A DNA stretch of 60,426 bases, counting the filler, from Basidiobolus ranarum (Eukaryota), in NCBI GenBank assembly GCA_040143965.1. It is 4 parts of 4 records of this genome, joined end to end, with 100 filler letters (N's around TTAATTAATTAA, not from the genome) between each part and the next. Parts side by side here need not be neighbours in the genome. Positions count along the whole stretch, not along the records: positions 1 to 15,066 come from JASJQH010007271.1; positions 15,167 to 30,198 come from JASJQH010007272.1; 2 more parts are not named here. One strand, written 5' to 3'. The translations under genes were made by a program, and so were the position numbers. The notes below the pieces were generated by a model, which saw only the letters and a list, made by a program, of their open reading frames with translations, was not told the DNA's origin and did not search any database. Shown in pieces: positions 13,901 to 25,700 of the stretch. How positions within the stretch are numbered: the first letter of the stretch is position 1; each line of letters opens with the position of its first letter.

Positions 13901-14369
13901 AAATCTCAGAGTAACAATTTTCTATTATTATTCTATTTCAGGTATAAATTTCAAACCAGACAGACATTGGAGGCAGAAGCTAAAAGGTATTAGAAATTGG
14001 ACGTTGCTCCTACACAAGTTTCAAATTTGTAACGCTCCTAAATCAGGTAGGAGTGCCACTCGATTCTTTCCTGATTACTCCTATAAAAATATCAATTTTG
14101 CGATAATGTTAAGCAGTCATTAAGATTACAGTAGTTTGACTTTAAAAACTAATGCCTAAATACTGCTTAGTGTAGCATCTCCTAGTTTCAACCTTCCTCT
14201 ATAAAGCTTGGCAACTAACTACTTGGATGACAACTGATGATCATTGAGAATTTCTATGGCAAACCTACAGAGAATCTCATAAACTTGATTTGTATCCACT
14301 ATTGAATGAATTGCCAGAGGCATCACTAGTCAGTATAGTTACACCTTTTCTCAGAGATAATGCAGCCAT

Positions 14370-14757
14370 TGTTCAAGTATTTTGGGAGTTATTGGAAGTG
14401 ATTAGGAGAACTAGAAGGAATTGATGGTTTTCACTTATTAATTTATTGAGTTAACATTTATAGTTTTGTCTGTTGAAATAAGCATAGCTCAAACATCTAT
14501 ATAGTTATATATAGCTTAGTTAATCCATATTTCACTAAGATATCTCTCACTATTCTCAATAGGAATGTATTAAGAAGTTTGAAGATATATAGATTTTTCA
14601 TACTTGTCCTAGAAGCCCCAAACTTGGCACACACGTTCCTGAGGCTTTCCTTAACACACGCCACACGTTTTTTGTTTACCCAACTCTAAATGTCAACTCA
14701 ATAAATTAATAAGTGAAAACCATCAATTCCTTCTAGTTCTCCAAACCACTTCCAACA
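14370..14757. mobile_element. Two fused LTR family A fragments in opposite orientation (14370-14470 reverse, 14471-14757 forward)
   Basis: Both parts align by eye to 19232-19570; the second begins exactly at the LTR terminus TGTTGAAAT. Confidence 0.75.
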
Positions 14758-14959
14758 ACTACAACTGAGGCTTTGCTAGATGGACATACAGCACTATTAT
14801 ATTAAGATTTGGTAAGCATATTTCTCTTAGTCGATATAAAGGAACCTCAAATTTTTCGGCGAATCCATTATTCATGTCAAGTTCAGATGATCGGTGAGGT
14901 TACTAATCGTACTACCTTGTTTTGAAATCATGGAATATCTCGTATCTGTACATAATTTT

Positions 14960-15066
14960 GAGTGATATAATCGTTTCGTTCATTCAGCCTAAGATTATAC
15001 GACCAATGATACTTTAGACTATCATTCTCAGCGTGTTATTCCGCAAGCCTTCATCTTCGTAAAACT
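14960..15066 (-). repeat. Inverted copy of 7737-7843, truncated by contig end
   Basis: Direct sequence comparison. Confidence 0.9.
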
Positions 15067-15166
15067 NNNNNNNNNNNNNNNNNNNNNNNNNNNNNNNNNN
15101 NNNNNNNNNNTTAATTAATTAANNNNNNNNNNNNNNNNNNNNNNNNNNNNNNNNNNNNNNNNNNNN
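15067..15166. other. Artificial contig spacer
   Basis: N44-TTAATTAATTAA-N44, giving stops in all six frames. Confidence 0.98.
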
Positions 15167-15261
15167 ACAGCACAAGTAACAAAGTTTAATACTAGCGAAG
15201 AAACACATAAGAGGTTTTATTGATTCTATGAATTAGGAATATGTGAAATTCACCGGTTTAG

Positions 15262-15927
15262 CCACAGTATTTCCACGAAAAGATTAGTTTATCGACTCAA
15301 CGAGCAGAGCTTGCCGCCCAAAAAAGAAAGGAGGAAGAAGAACAATCAAAATTAATGGAATGGGGAAAGGGCCTGGTGCAGCGTCAAGAGGCTGTTGATA
15401 AGAAACATCTAGAGGAGGTGGAAAGGAAGAGGCCATTAGCGAGGTATATTAATTGTTGATGCCATAGAAAGTCAAGCTCTTATCGATTAATTTACCACCG
15501 TTATTTTCACGATCATAGATATAAGGACGATGCTGATTTGAACGAAGAACTCAAGAACAGAGATAGATGGAATGATCCAGCAGTCGGTTTCCTAACGGTA
15601 ATACATATATTATTACTCCATGATTTCGTTGCGGATAATGTTACTCATTCTTCTGTGTAATATAGAAATCAAAAAAATCAAAAACAAAGTGGCCGGTGTA
15701 CCAAGGGCCTGCTCCCACCAACAGGTTTGGAATTCGCCCTGGCTATCGCTGGGATGGTGTTGGTTCGTAGATCAAAATAGACTTTACAATTGAAATATAC
15801 GCTGACCATTTTATTGAAAAATCCTCTAGATCGTTCCAATGGTTTTGAAGAGAAGTACTTCCAACGTAAATATAGCAAGAATTCACAAGCTGAGGAAGCA
15901 CATAAGTGGAGCACCGAAGATATGTAG
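15262..15927 (+). CDS. BUD13: Pre-mRNA splicing factor BUD13/CWC26, 3' part only (5' exons not in contig or unresolved)
   Basis: Four spliced exons give [11 protein letters not shown]...[25 protein letters not shown]...[23 protein letters not shown]...KWSTEDM*. Confidence 0.92.
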
Positions 15928-16250
15928 TTATTTTTCGTTCATCGGAGACGTTTCCCATCAATATGTACATGCCTTTTTCTTTGAAAGTATCGTTGTATTA
16001 CTCCATAGGATTTCAATAAACTAGCTAGTAAAATTTGTGTTAGGAATATTAATACATAGGAAATCTTGGGAATAGTTTGGAATGCATACTTCAAAGCCAA
16101 AACATCCTTATCGAGTAGCGCAATCATTCCAGAAGTACTTGTATTATGCTTTTGGCGTTTATTTTTGGGAGGATGAAATTGGAATGCGCAACATATAGTA
16201 AGAACATGTGGGAAATATAACAGTAGAGAAGAGAGGGAGTTGGTTACGAC

Positions 16251-18043
16251 TTATTGTTGAGACTCATTGACCTTTTGATTGGTAGAATCATCTTTTGTTG
16301 TATCCTCGTTATCGAAAGCATCCTGGGGAACAGAATACAATCTTAGGAGAGGTCTGTTGGGATCCTTGACCAAAATAAACTTGCCCTCTGGCAATCCTAG
16401 GCAGATATCTACCATAGCTTTCAAGATACCCCAAGCATTTTGTAAGCTCAAATTCATCTGAGCAGCGAATTCAGCTGGCTTGAAAACTTGAGTACCTAAA
16501 ATGACATGACGTGTGTTGTCCTTAGGATGAGCACGGCTGACGTAGCCAAGTCTCAATTGTTCACAACCAGCAAGAACGGCTTGTAAGACCCAACGAGCGA
16601 GCTTAGAACCATTGTTCTTCATTTCAGTAGCAACAACGGCACCACGTTGGGTGTCAAGCTTCTGGCGCCAGTCCAAAGCACCACCGGAGCCGGGTGCACG
16701 TGAATCAAATTCATTCAAGGCCTTGATTGTAAGGAATGACTCAGTATTGCCTGTCTTGGCGACACCGTCGACTTCGGTACGGATGACGATGTTCAAAGGA
16801 TCTTCATCATCACCCAAGTTGACACGACGGTAACGATAACCTGCGGATGCAAGAGGTTCTGTATCCTCTTCAGCGTTGTAGAATGGATTGGGATTTTCAA
16901 ACTCATAGATTTCCTCCTCATTCAAGACTTGAGTACAGAAATTATTATTGATCTCTGTAGCTTCTACGGATAGAGCATTAGGGTTGTTGATATCGGTGCC
17001 ATCAAGAGGGGGATCAGCAGCATTCTCATTGACTGAAAGGAAATCAAATACACCACCATCACGCTTATCGAAGATCAAATTGTTTCCTTCTCTAGTGATA
17101 ACAATATCCCATGGATAAGCAGATCTAGGAGCGCTCATCAACAAAGCAAGGATATTATCAGTTGCATAAACGGTACCCTCATTCTTGTCCATCAAATCCT
17201 GAATGACTGGATCTTCACTGGTAGTGACATTGAAGCGAGCACGGTTGGTCTCTTGTAAGGGCTTCTCATTTTTAGAAACGAGGCGATCATAAGATTTGTC
17301 ATAATGATGAAGTCTACCATATGAAGCAATATCTTCAGGTTGACGAACATCATCTGCCAATTTAGCAAGGCGATGGAGTTCGAATTCTTCGACAACCTTC
17401 CATTCAGGGCCAACAGCAATGGAGGCATCTCTAGTGCGTTGAGGCTTCTTCTGATAACCAGTTCGATTGTAGCCACCGCGATTAGCTCCACCAAGACGTT
17501 GAAACTGGCCAGTACGTCCGGTTTTCTGGTATTGGTTTTGGTTCTGGTTGCGACCGGGGCGCTATAAAAGAAATTTAGTGGCTATTTACGATATTTTTAA
17601 ATTTCCAAAAGAATATATATACCTTAGTAGCAGCATTACCGCGGGAAGAGGCCTTCTTTTGAGCAGTAGTACGATTGTCAACGACAGAGAAACTAGATTC
17701 ATCTTCAGCATGTTGATAAACGAATGCACTAGCAGCATTACTACCATAACCTTGATAGGTGTCTGGGATTTGAGGAATTTAGTATTTGTAGTGAAGCTAA
17801 ATGTCATGAGATATAATATGCACCTTTGTAGTTTCTATAACCTTGACGAGCTCTATTGCCAGCGTCCTTGTTATCTTTAGTATCGGGAGCCGACCAATCG
17901 GCGATTCTACCTAGTTTATCACCTTTGCTATATGGTGCGAAAGGAATATCCTTATATTGTTCAGGGAGGTGAGATGCGGAGGGGCCCCAACCGCTTTCGT
18001 TATCGTCGATAGTAGATAAAACAAAGTTTGCACGTGTAGTCAT
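16251..18043 (-). CDS. eIF3d: Translation initiation factor 3 subunit D (3 exons)
   Basis: N-terminal WGP...DIPFAPYSKGDKLGRIADW; FNVTTSEDPVIQ; DWRQKLDTQRGAVVATEMKNN; GYVSRAHPKD; KFILVKDPNRP. Confidence 0.96.
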
Positions 18044-19231
18044 GGTGTTGGGTAAAGTGCAAAGAAACTATTAGCAAGAATATGCCAATATTCTAAAACA
18101 AAAAATTGACTTGGCGTTTGACCTATCCAAAGAGCCCACAATGGTGGAAAAAAAAACGATGAAATTGAAAAAAAAACAAACTCATGTTCTCCAGAAAATC
18201 GGTAAAATTTTAATTATGGTAATCACTTGAGTTAATTTTGTTAACTGTTTAAGTGAATTTAAGAGCAATTTGGACTAGAATGCATTAATGCTCAGCAGCA
18301 GAAGGGTGAATATATGATTCGAAAGAAGGCTCTCAATCATAGACACTTCGTATTAGCCGAATGCTTCACTAGTGCTGGTACCGAAGTACCTATTACATTT
18401 GGTAGTAGAATCGCACGGTTTTAAATATCGAGAATGCATTTTGTATACGTGGAATGAGTTATTGATTTATTCTGTGCTGATGTAACAATCATGTGTCTCC
18501 CCAGATTATATCCATCGACAAACTCATACGATATGCCTCACTGGATTTGGAAGTCACAAATCAAATGAGCTCATAGTCTTGCCCAACTTCGATGCTTTGT
18601 ATGTTGCTATTGATTGTCATCTCTATGTCACATTCTGGTAGCTCTCTAACGTAGGTATTCCAGTGCTAATTTAGTTGGTGTTCAGTGAGAGTACTGTCAA
18701 AATATGCCCACTCAAATCTGAACAGGTCACCAGAGTCTACGCTGAGTCGGTGCATCTATATATACACTGGCATTTAATCAAGAACGATTAATCAAAACAT
18801 ACAGTGTATCAATATTGCTTTCAGAATAAACAGCCTAGGTAGAGCCCTAGTCCATCGCAGCATGCATGCATCCAACCGGATTGGAAGGCCTCTTTCCTCT
18901 GCCTATAGTTGCTGCTCGAGAGTATAGATCCTGATAATTTTGTGCACTTTATCAGAAATGGACAGAATAACAGGAGCCTTATCACTAATACATGATACAA
19001 GGACTAGACGATCTTTTTTCGTTTCCTTCACTCCTGCTATTGCTAGCCACCTTGCTTATCGCTGAGCCACAGAACGACTTTATGCATCAAAGCAGTAGAT
19101 GGTCACTTGAAGAGCCAGTCATGGCAGAAGCAGGGGCCTTCAGAGATTAAGCGTTAGTGAATCAGCAATGTCTGCTAAGGGATATAGCCAACCTTAGGCC
19201 CAATAGCAGTTACTTGTAAATATCTTATAAA

Positions 19232-19570
19232 TGTTGAAATTAGCATTGCCTAAACACCTATATAGTCATATATAGTTTAGTATTTAGTTATCTTATATTT
19301 CACTAAGATATCACCCATTATTCTCATAAGGAATTTACTTAGAATATTGGCACCAACTTGGAAGTTCTCAGATATATAGATTTTTCAAAGAAGCCCCAAA
19401 CTTTGCACACATGTTCCTGGGGCCTTCCTTAACACATTCTACACGTTAGTTTGTTTACATCTTGACAAAACTATAAATGTCAACTGAATACTCAATAAAT
19501 CAACAAGTGAAAACCACCAATTTCTCTAATTCTCCTAACCACTTCCAACAGGCTCCCAAATACTTTAACA
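19232..19570 (+). mobile_element. Complete solo LTR (family A), 339 bp, with 5-bp TSD ATAAA
   Basis: TGTTGAAA...CTTTAACA termini; ATAAA at 19227-19231 and 19571-19575. Confidence 0.92.
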
Positions 19571-20088
19571 ATAAACACATGTGTCATCAAGTTTATGCCA
19601 GATCAATGATGGCTTGACTCTAGATGAATCAAATAGATCTCCTTGAGAGAGCCTGTAATCTATATATACCTTTGTTGCTACCATTATGAGAGATTAGGTA
19701 GGTTCGCTTGGACATCATCGTAGTATCCCAGTCACTTGTCTTGAATCTAAGTACGTTACTAAATGGTAATTGCTGACTTCTGAGTAGATCTAAATCCAGT
19801 TGAAGTTGATGTCCGGTATGTCACGTGATATATTTCGTGCGAAAATATTTGGATTTATAGTCGAGAATTAGATACATCCTCAAAATATCAATAGAAGATC
19901 CAAATAAGTATTTAGTATAATCTTGCCAGTCTCAAAAAACGACCGGAAATTGGAGAAAATTTTTTGATACTTGACGGACATTATACTAAATATTTGCGAA
20001 TATATCGACTCCTAGTAACTTACTCACAAGCTTGCTTTGAATCCTCTACTTCTGCTGTGATTCAATATCATATTACACGAACACCTCA

Positions 20089-22092
20089 ATGAGTACCTGC
20101 TCAAACCTCATAGTATCCGCCTGTTTACAGCAGAAAAATGTCACCTTTAAACCGTCAAATTTTATAAAACTTTCCTGTCAGGTACGAAAGAAATGGTATA
20201 CTTCACTGAATAACATAACTGTCTCGAACGTCAAAACGGTCTCTAAGAAACGTCCCCACTTGGCCAATTCAAAGAGCTCATTTGCTTCATTCTCAAGATG
20301 GCATTCGACTACAAGCTCTTTTCCTAACAAAACTACTTCTTCCAATCAGGAGGAATTGTCACCTCAAGTTGAGGGAAGAGGTGGAGTATTTAGGAAAAAA
20401 ATGTCGAATACGGCTCGGGCTGAAATGGAAGAAATCGTCAAAGCTTTCGAGGTAAAGCAATTCAAACGTGCTTTGGAAACTGGTGACTTTGAACTGGCTT
20501 GGAAACAGTTTAGAAATCTCAAGACGGATTCACAAGAACTACTTACCACGGAAAGTTTCGTGAAGTTCTTGGCTTTATTGGAGAAAAAAGGGAACTCCAG
20601 TGGGAAATATCAACGGTTTAATGAAGTTGTCAAGTTCTTCAAGAGTAGTAATATCCAATTGTCCACAGCGTATGAATACGGTGTTTTAGTTAGGCTTTAC
20701 GGAAAATATAGACACTTTCAACAGGCTAAAGAGGCCTTTTTGGAGATGCTTCAGCGAGGAATAGCCGCTGATGTTCAAGTATATAATGACTTACTCACCG
20801 CGCTAGGAAGATCTAGTATCGAAGAAGGGTTTGAGGTTTACGAAGCTATGCATGAGAATGAGGTTACACCAAATATCGAGACCATCAATTTACTACTCCG
20901 ATTCTCCAAAGAGTTCATGGATTTGAAACTGCTTGAGAAAGCGTTTAAAGAGATCTCAGCTCACCATTTAGAGGCTGATGTAAAAACTTACACCATCATG
21001 ATAGATGCATATGCCAAAGTTGAACAGATGCCGCACGCAATGGAACTATTTAATCTGATGCTTTCTAAAGGGATCTCACCCAATGTTGTAACTTACAGCT
21101 CCTTAATTAATGGCCACCTAAAACGAGGAAATGCTCGACAGGCCATGGACTTGTATTATGATATGATAGCCAAGAAAATCCCACCTACTATATACACCTA
21201 CAACACTCTCATCAACCATCACATCAAGCAGGCTCGCATGGATCTGGCAATGATACTTTACAACGATATTCGGGCGAACGACTTGTCTATCGATGTGGTC
21301 ACCTATAATATACTTATCAACGGACACATTAGAAATAGAGACATGGACCAAGCGCTCAGTCTATTCCTGGATATGTTTGAGAAAAACATCACCCCCAACC
21401 TGGTCACTTATTCCACAATCATCAATGGCCTATGCAAAACCTCAAATCTGGATTTTGCGCTCAAGATTTACGCTGATATGAAGGCCCGACGGATAGCTCC
21501 CAACATCGTCACCTATACCACTCTACTTAATGGTTTGGTTCGCGAGCGTAGTATGAGCCAAGCGCTTAAACTGTACGAAGAGATGATTCAGAAGCATCAC
21601 ATTCCAAATGTGGTCACCTATAACACGCTCATTCATGGCTACCTTAAGAATTCTGATCTTCCTAACGCAGTAAAGACCTTGTCGGAAATGAACTCACATG
21701 GTGTCACCCCTACGGTGGTCACGTATACCACTATTATAAGCGAATTTGCTAGCAGGCAAGACATGGCCTCTGCAACGAAGTATTTCCAAGATATGGAAAG
21801 CAAGGGAATTGAGCCCAATGTATGGACATTTACGTCACTTATCAGTGGGTACATTCGTGAATCCAAACTCGAAGATGCTTTGAAGGTATTTGGGGAGATG
21901 CGCGCTCGTGGAATCTCTGCGAACGTGGTAACTTACACCAGTTTGATGAATGGTTACATAAAGAATCAAGAACTTGATAAGGCAATGGAGCTTTATGCCG
22001 AGATGATTTCAAACAATATTAAACCCAATGCTAAGATGCTAAACACTCTAATCGAAGGTCACAAAATGAAGAGTCGAGCACTCTCTATCTGA
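20089..22092 (+). CDS. P-type pentatricopeptide repeat protein, probably mitochondrial, intronless
   Basis: About 13 tandem 35-aa repeats of type (P)NVVTY(N/T/S)TLING...A..L...M...GI; basic, Ser/Thr-rich N-terminus lacking acidic residues resembles a presequence. Confidence 0.93.
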   Translation: MSTCSNLIVSACLQQKNVTFKPSNFIKLSCQVRKKWYTSLNNITVSNVKTVSKKRPHLANSKSSFASFSRWHSTTSSFPNKTTSSNQEELSPQVEGRGGVFRKKMSNTARAEMEEIVKAFEVKQFKRALETGDFELAWKQFRNLKTDSQELLTTESFVKFLALLEKKGNSSGKYQRFNEVVKFFKSSNIQLSTAYEYGVLVRLYGKYRHFQQAKEAFLEMLQRGIAADVQVYNDLLTALGRSSIEEGFEVYEAMHENEVTPNIETINLLLRFSKEFMDLKLLEKAFKEISAHHLEADVKTYTIMIDAYAKVEQMPHAMELFNLMLSKGISPNVVTYSSLINGHLKRGNARQAMDLYYDMIAKKIPPTIYTYNTLINHHIKQARMDLAMILYNDIRANDLSIDVVTYNILINGHIRNRDMDQALSLFLDMFEKNITPNLVTYSTIINGLCKTSNLDFALKIYADMKARRIAPNIVTYTTLLNGLVRERSMSQALKLYEEMIQKHHIPNVVTYNTLIHGYLKNSDLPNAVKTLSEMNSHGVTPTVVTYTTIISEFASRQDMASATKYFQDMESKGIEPNVWTFTSLISGYIRESKLEDALKVFGEMRARGISANVVTYTSLMNGYIKNQELDKAMELYAEMISNNIKPNAKMLNTLIEGHKMKSRALSI

Positions 22093-22398
22093 AGATTTAT
22101 TAGTCTTAAACTTGGGCCATCCAAACCCTCTTCGAAATACCCAGTTCAGACTGTCAGTCGGCCTTTGTTTACTTTTTAGAATTCGTATACCCGTATTAGA
22201 TCATGTATTTATCTTGATGTAATTTGACTTTGTATATATTCCCTACCTTTTACGCTCAGTTGCATTCAACTCAATCAGTTGGCTTGTGCCGTAACCCATA
22301 TTCTAGCCAGCAAATCCATGGATGTTCAATGTCTGTTTTTGAAATAAGGCACTTTCTATTAAAAGCATGTTACTGGTGTGAATACAGCAAACTTATTG

Positions 22399-22478
22399 CA
22401 ATGCGGTATATTGGTAGAATAATCTGTCCAAGAGCTACAATGCGGTATATTGGAGTAGAATAATCTGTCCAAGAGCTA
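22399..22478. repeat. Tandem duplication, 39 + 41 bp
   Basis: CAATGCGGTATATTGG(AG)TAGAATAATCTGTCCAAGAGCTA repeated twice. Confidence 0.9.
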
Positions 22479-22743
22479 GATAGCATTTAATTTCAATCCT
22501 AAACAATCAGTATCTTAATTGATTGCCGTTTCATGCGTTGTTATGAGATAGACACTATCACTACACCACTATGTTGCCATGAAATTTCGGCCAATTTACG
22601 CTGCTAGTAATTCACGATTTTCAAAATTAATACTTCTTAACACTACAGGCTAAATTTTTTGAATTTTCTTTTGTACTATATATACCAATAGAGGTTCAAT
22701 CTGCATAGTCCAACACTTTTAGGAAAGTGCAGTGTCCATACCT

Positions 22744-25700
22744 ATGTTAGATATTGCTGATTCTGAGGATGGATCACTTTCCATCAGTAACCTTTTAAAG
22801 TACTTGGAAATCCACTTGACTTATCAGCAACATCAAACTCCCCCCAACGCGAAGGTCAAGCGTAGAAAACTAGAAAGGGAAACCATCGCCAGCAATACAC
22901 AGGCCATACTGATAAACACTTGGTCTCTTAAAAGTTCTTCAAGCTTAAAACAGTTTGTTGACGTCTATGAAACAATTACCTCTGGAACGGTTGTAAATTC
23001 CTTCGAGAACTTCGTATATGTAGGAGCAGTTAAAGTTGCTCTGAACCTTGATAAATCCGAGTGGGATGCGCAACTGGCAAACTTGAACTTATCCCACGAA
23101 ACTTTCAAACTACCTGTTACTTTTCTTTTTACCAGGAAAGAAGGAGAGCGTGAAAGTCTTTTCATATATAGTGTTGATCACCATACTCATGCTTATCTTC
23201 CCCTACTTGAAAAACACTTTACCTTAGAAACGAAGAAAATCTCCACTCTAACCGCACTTTTTAGAGAGGCAACGAAAGGAAACCATTTGAAAGTGCAGGG
23301 GTTCCTCGAATTCGACTTTATTACTTCAAGTTGTGAACTTTTATTTGATATCTACTTGCTGAATTCCCTTTTATCTTCGGAGGAGAGTGTTTCCATAGAT
23401 TTTAAGGAGATTCTGAAGGGGTTATTCTGTCAAAACACGACTTTTACAGAAAATGAACTTAGCGATACCTCCACTTTGTACTCCTACTTAAACACCTCTA
23501 ATAATTTACAATACAATGGGCAGGTTTTGAACGAAGAGCTTCTAAATGATCTTAAAGTAACTTTATATCCATTCCAAAAACGGTCCATACAATGGTTGCT
23601 CAAACGGGAAGGGATTTATTCAACTACTCAAAAGATGGAAATGATCCCAGTTTGGTGGAAGAGAGTCCACGAAGAAGACGGATCTTCAGTGGATTTCCAG
23701 TTCAACGTATTAACTGGTAAAATCACCCGTGACCTATCACTGGAAGATCAACACACAGTTCGTGCACCAAGAGGCGGAATTCTGGCTGAAGAGATGGGCC
23801 TTGGTAAAACGATTGAATTGATCGCGTTACATTTACTTCATCGACCCAACCCTCAAGAAATACAAGCATTCAATACAGTAGCGGATTCCGAGAAGTTACT
23901 ACCCTCTTCAGCAACCCTTATTATTACCCCACCGACCATATCCCAACAATGGATGTCCGAAATTCAAACTCATGCACCTTCCTTACGATGCGTATTGTTC
24001 GAAAAGGATAATTTCTCCACGGAAGAATTAAGTCGATATGATGTTGTAGTGATAAGCTTTGATATTTTAAGTAAGCAACTTTACTACGCTCAAGAGACCA
24101 AGTCAAGATCTCGCAGATTCCCGAGCAAATATAAATATTCTCCTAGCCCGTTGGTGAAAATTCTTTGGTGGCGCGTTGTGATCGATGAAGTACAGATAGT
24201 AGAATCCTTGTCTAGCCGTGCTGCCGAGATGGTTTATCATATACCAAGGATCAACAGTTGGGTCGTTAGTGGAACGCCGATTAAACATAGTAGAAATGAT
24301 CTGGTGGTGTTATTGAAGTTTCTGAAGGTTGAACCTTTCTGTTACAATGTATCCCAATGGAAAATGTTGATGGCCCCTGAGAATTTCGAACATTTCCTTG
24401 CTTTGTTTGGGAGTATAATGCAGCGTACATTGAAATCTCAGGTTGAATCCGAACTCTCTATTCCTGCTCAACACACGGAATCAGTTATGTTGCAATTCTC
24501 AGATGTTGAACAATATTTTTATGAGAGTCTTTGGAATTCATGTGTAAATGAATTGGTTTGGTCATCAACAGCAGAAGAAAAAAAGTCGAAGATGAGGGAG
24601 TGGCTTTATAGACTACGACAAACATGCTGCCATCCTCAAGTCTGCTCAAGAAATCGAAGAATTTTAGGCGGAGCTCTAAGATCTATCGACGAGGTGCTAG
24701 AGTTTATGTTCCAACACTCTCGTGCTGATGTACAGTCCTTGGAGCGTATGTATACTACATCCAAAATTAAACGGGCCCAAATCCTCGAGTCGGATGGGAA
24801 GTTGGAAGAAGCCAGGCTGCTGTATCATGAGATACTAACCACCACCCAGAACCAAATAGATCTACTGAAGAAAGAGATAAGCCCTGTAAGTACCCTGCTT
24901 GCAATTGTACCAGACGAGACGCAGCTGAAAGCCACGTCCCAAACAGACGTCAGAGCAGATCAAACTCCAGATACAACCCATCCTGACTTGCGTGCAGAGC
25001 AAGAAGACTTGAAAAATATGAAGTTGTGGCTGCACTTGTGGAGAGAAATTGAACATCGACTTTTGTTCTTTCTAGGATCTATATACTTCAAAATGGAAAA
25101 TGAAGCAGAGGAAACTAGCTACTACGAACTGGCAGAACAAAGTCGAGTAGAATTATTGAGGCCACTCTCCGAAGGATTCCAGTTGGAACTTGAAAGATTC
25201 AAGCGGTTTAGAAAAAGTACGGAAGTGAATCTCGCACAACCTTCTCCAATTTCAAGTAGTGCATTTACTGGTGGTGTCCTTTCACGTGACCTATTTGAAC
25301 GGATAGAGAGTGTGACAACTGCCTTGAACGCTCAGAATGAGCTACTCAAATCGTGTCATGATATTATTGTAAAGATGTTGATTTCAAATCTATGGGATGC
25401 CAACGACAAGGATGCCAATGGGGAGGAATTCCAGCAGTCGCAACTCCAACAAGAAGAGGCTGACGTCTATCAGGACGTTTTCATGCGGATTATCCGTGAC
25501 CGACGTCAGTTAGTTCAGGGAATTGTTATCGGGGCCGGAGACTCGAAATTGAAGACAGCGTCAGATATGACCGAGAATTTAGGGAAGTTTCGAAGGGAGT
25601 ACGTCAGGCCACTTGCACATGGAAATCTCAAAAGTTATTTAGCCGAGCTCAAGCAAATATCAAACAAGCCAATGATCCAAAAGGAAGAGGTCGTCATAGT

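Noticed and set aside
11400-14350. Short ORFs and coding-like patches
   Set aside because: No recognisable motifs or consistent splice structure; may be decayed sequence
15111-15122. TTAATTAATTAA palindrome as a piggyBac/TTAA site or regulatory motif
   Set aside because: Identical in all three N-spacers; synthetic linker
18300-19200. Exon-like segments upstream of eIF3d
   Set aside because: Could not be assembled into an open reading frame; no family recognised
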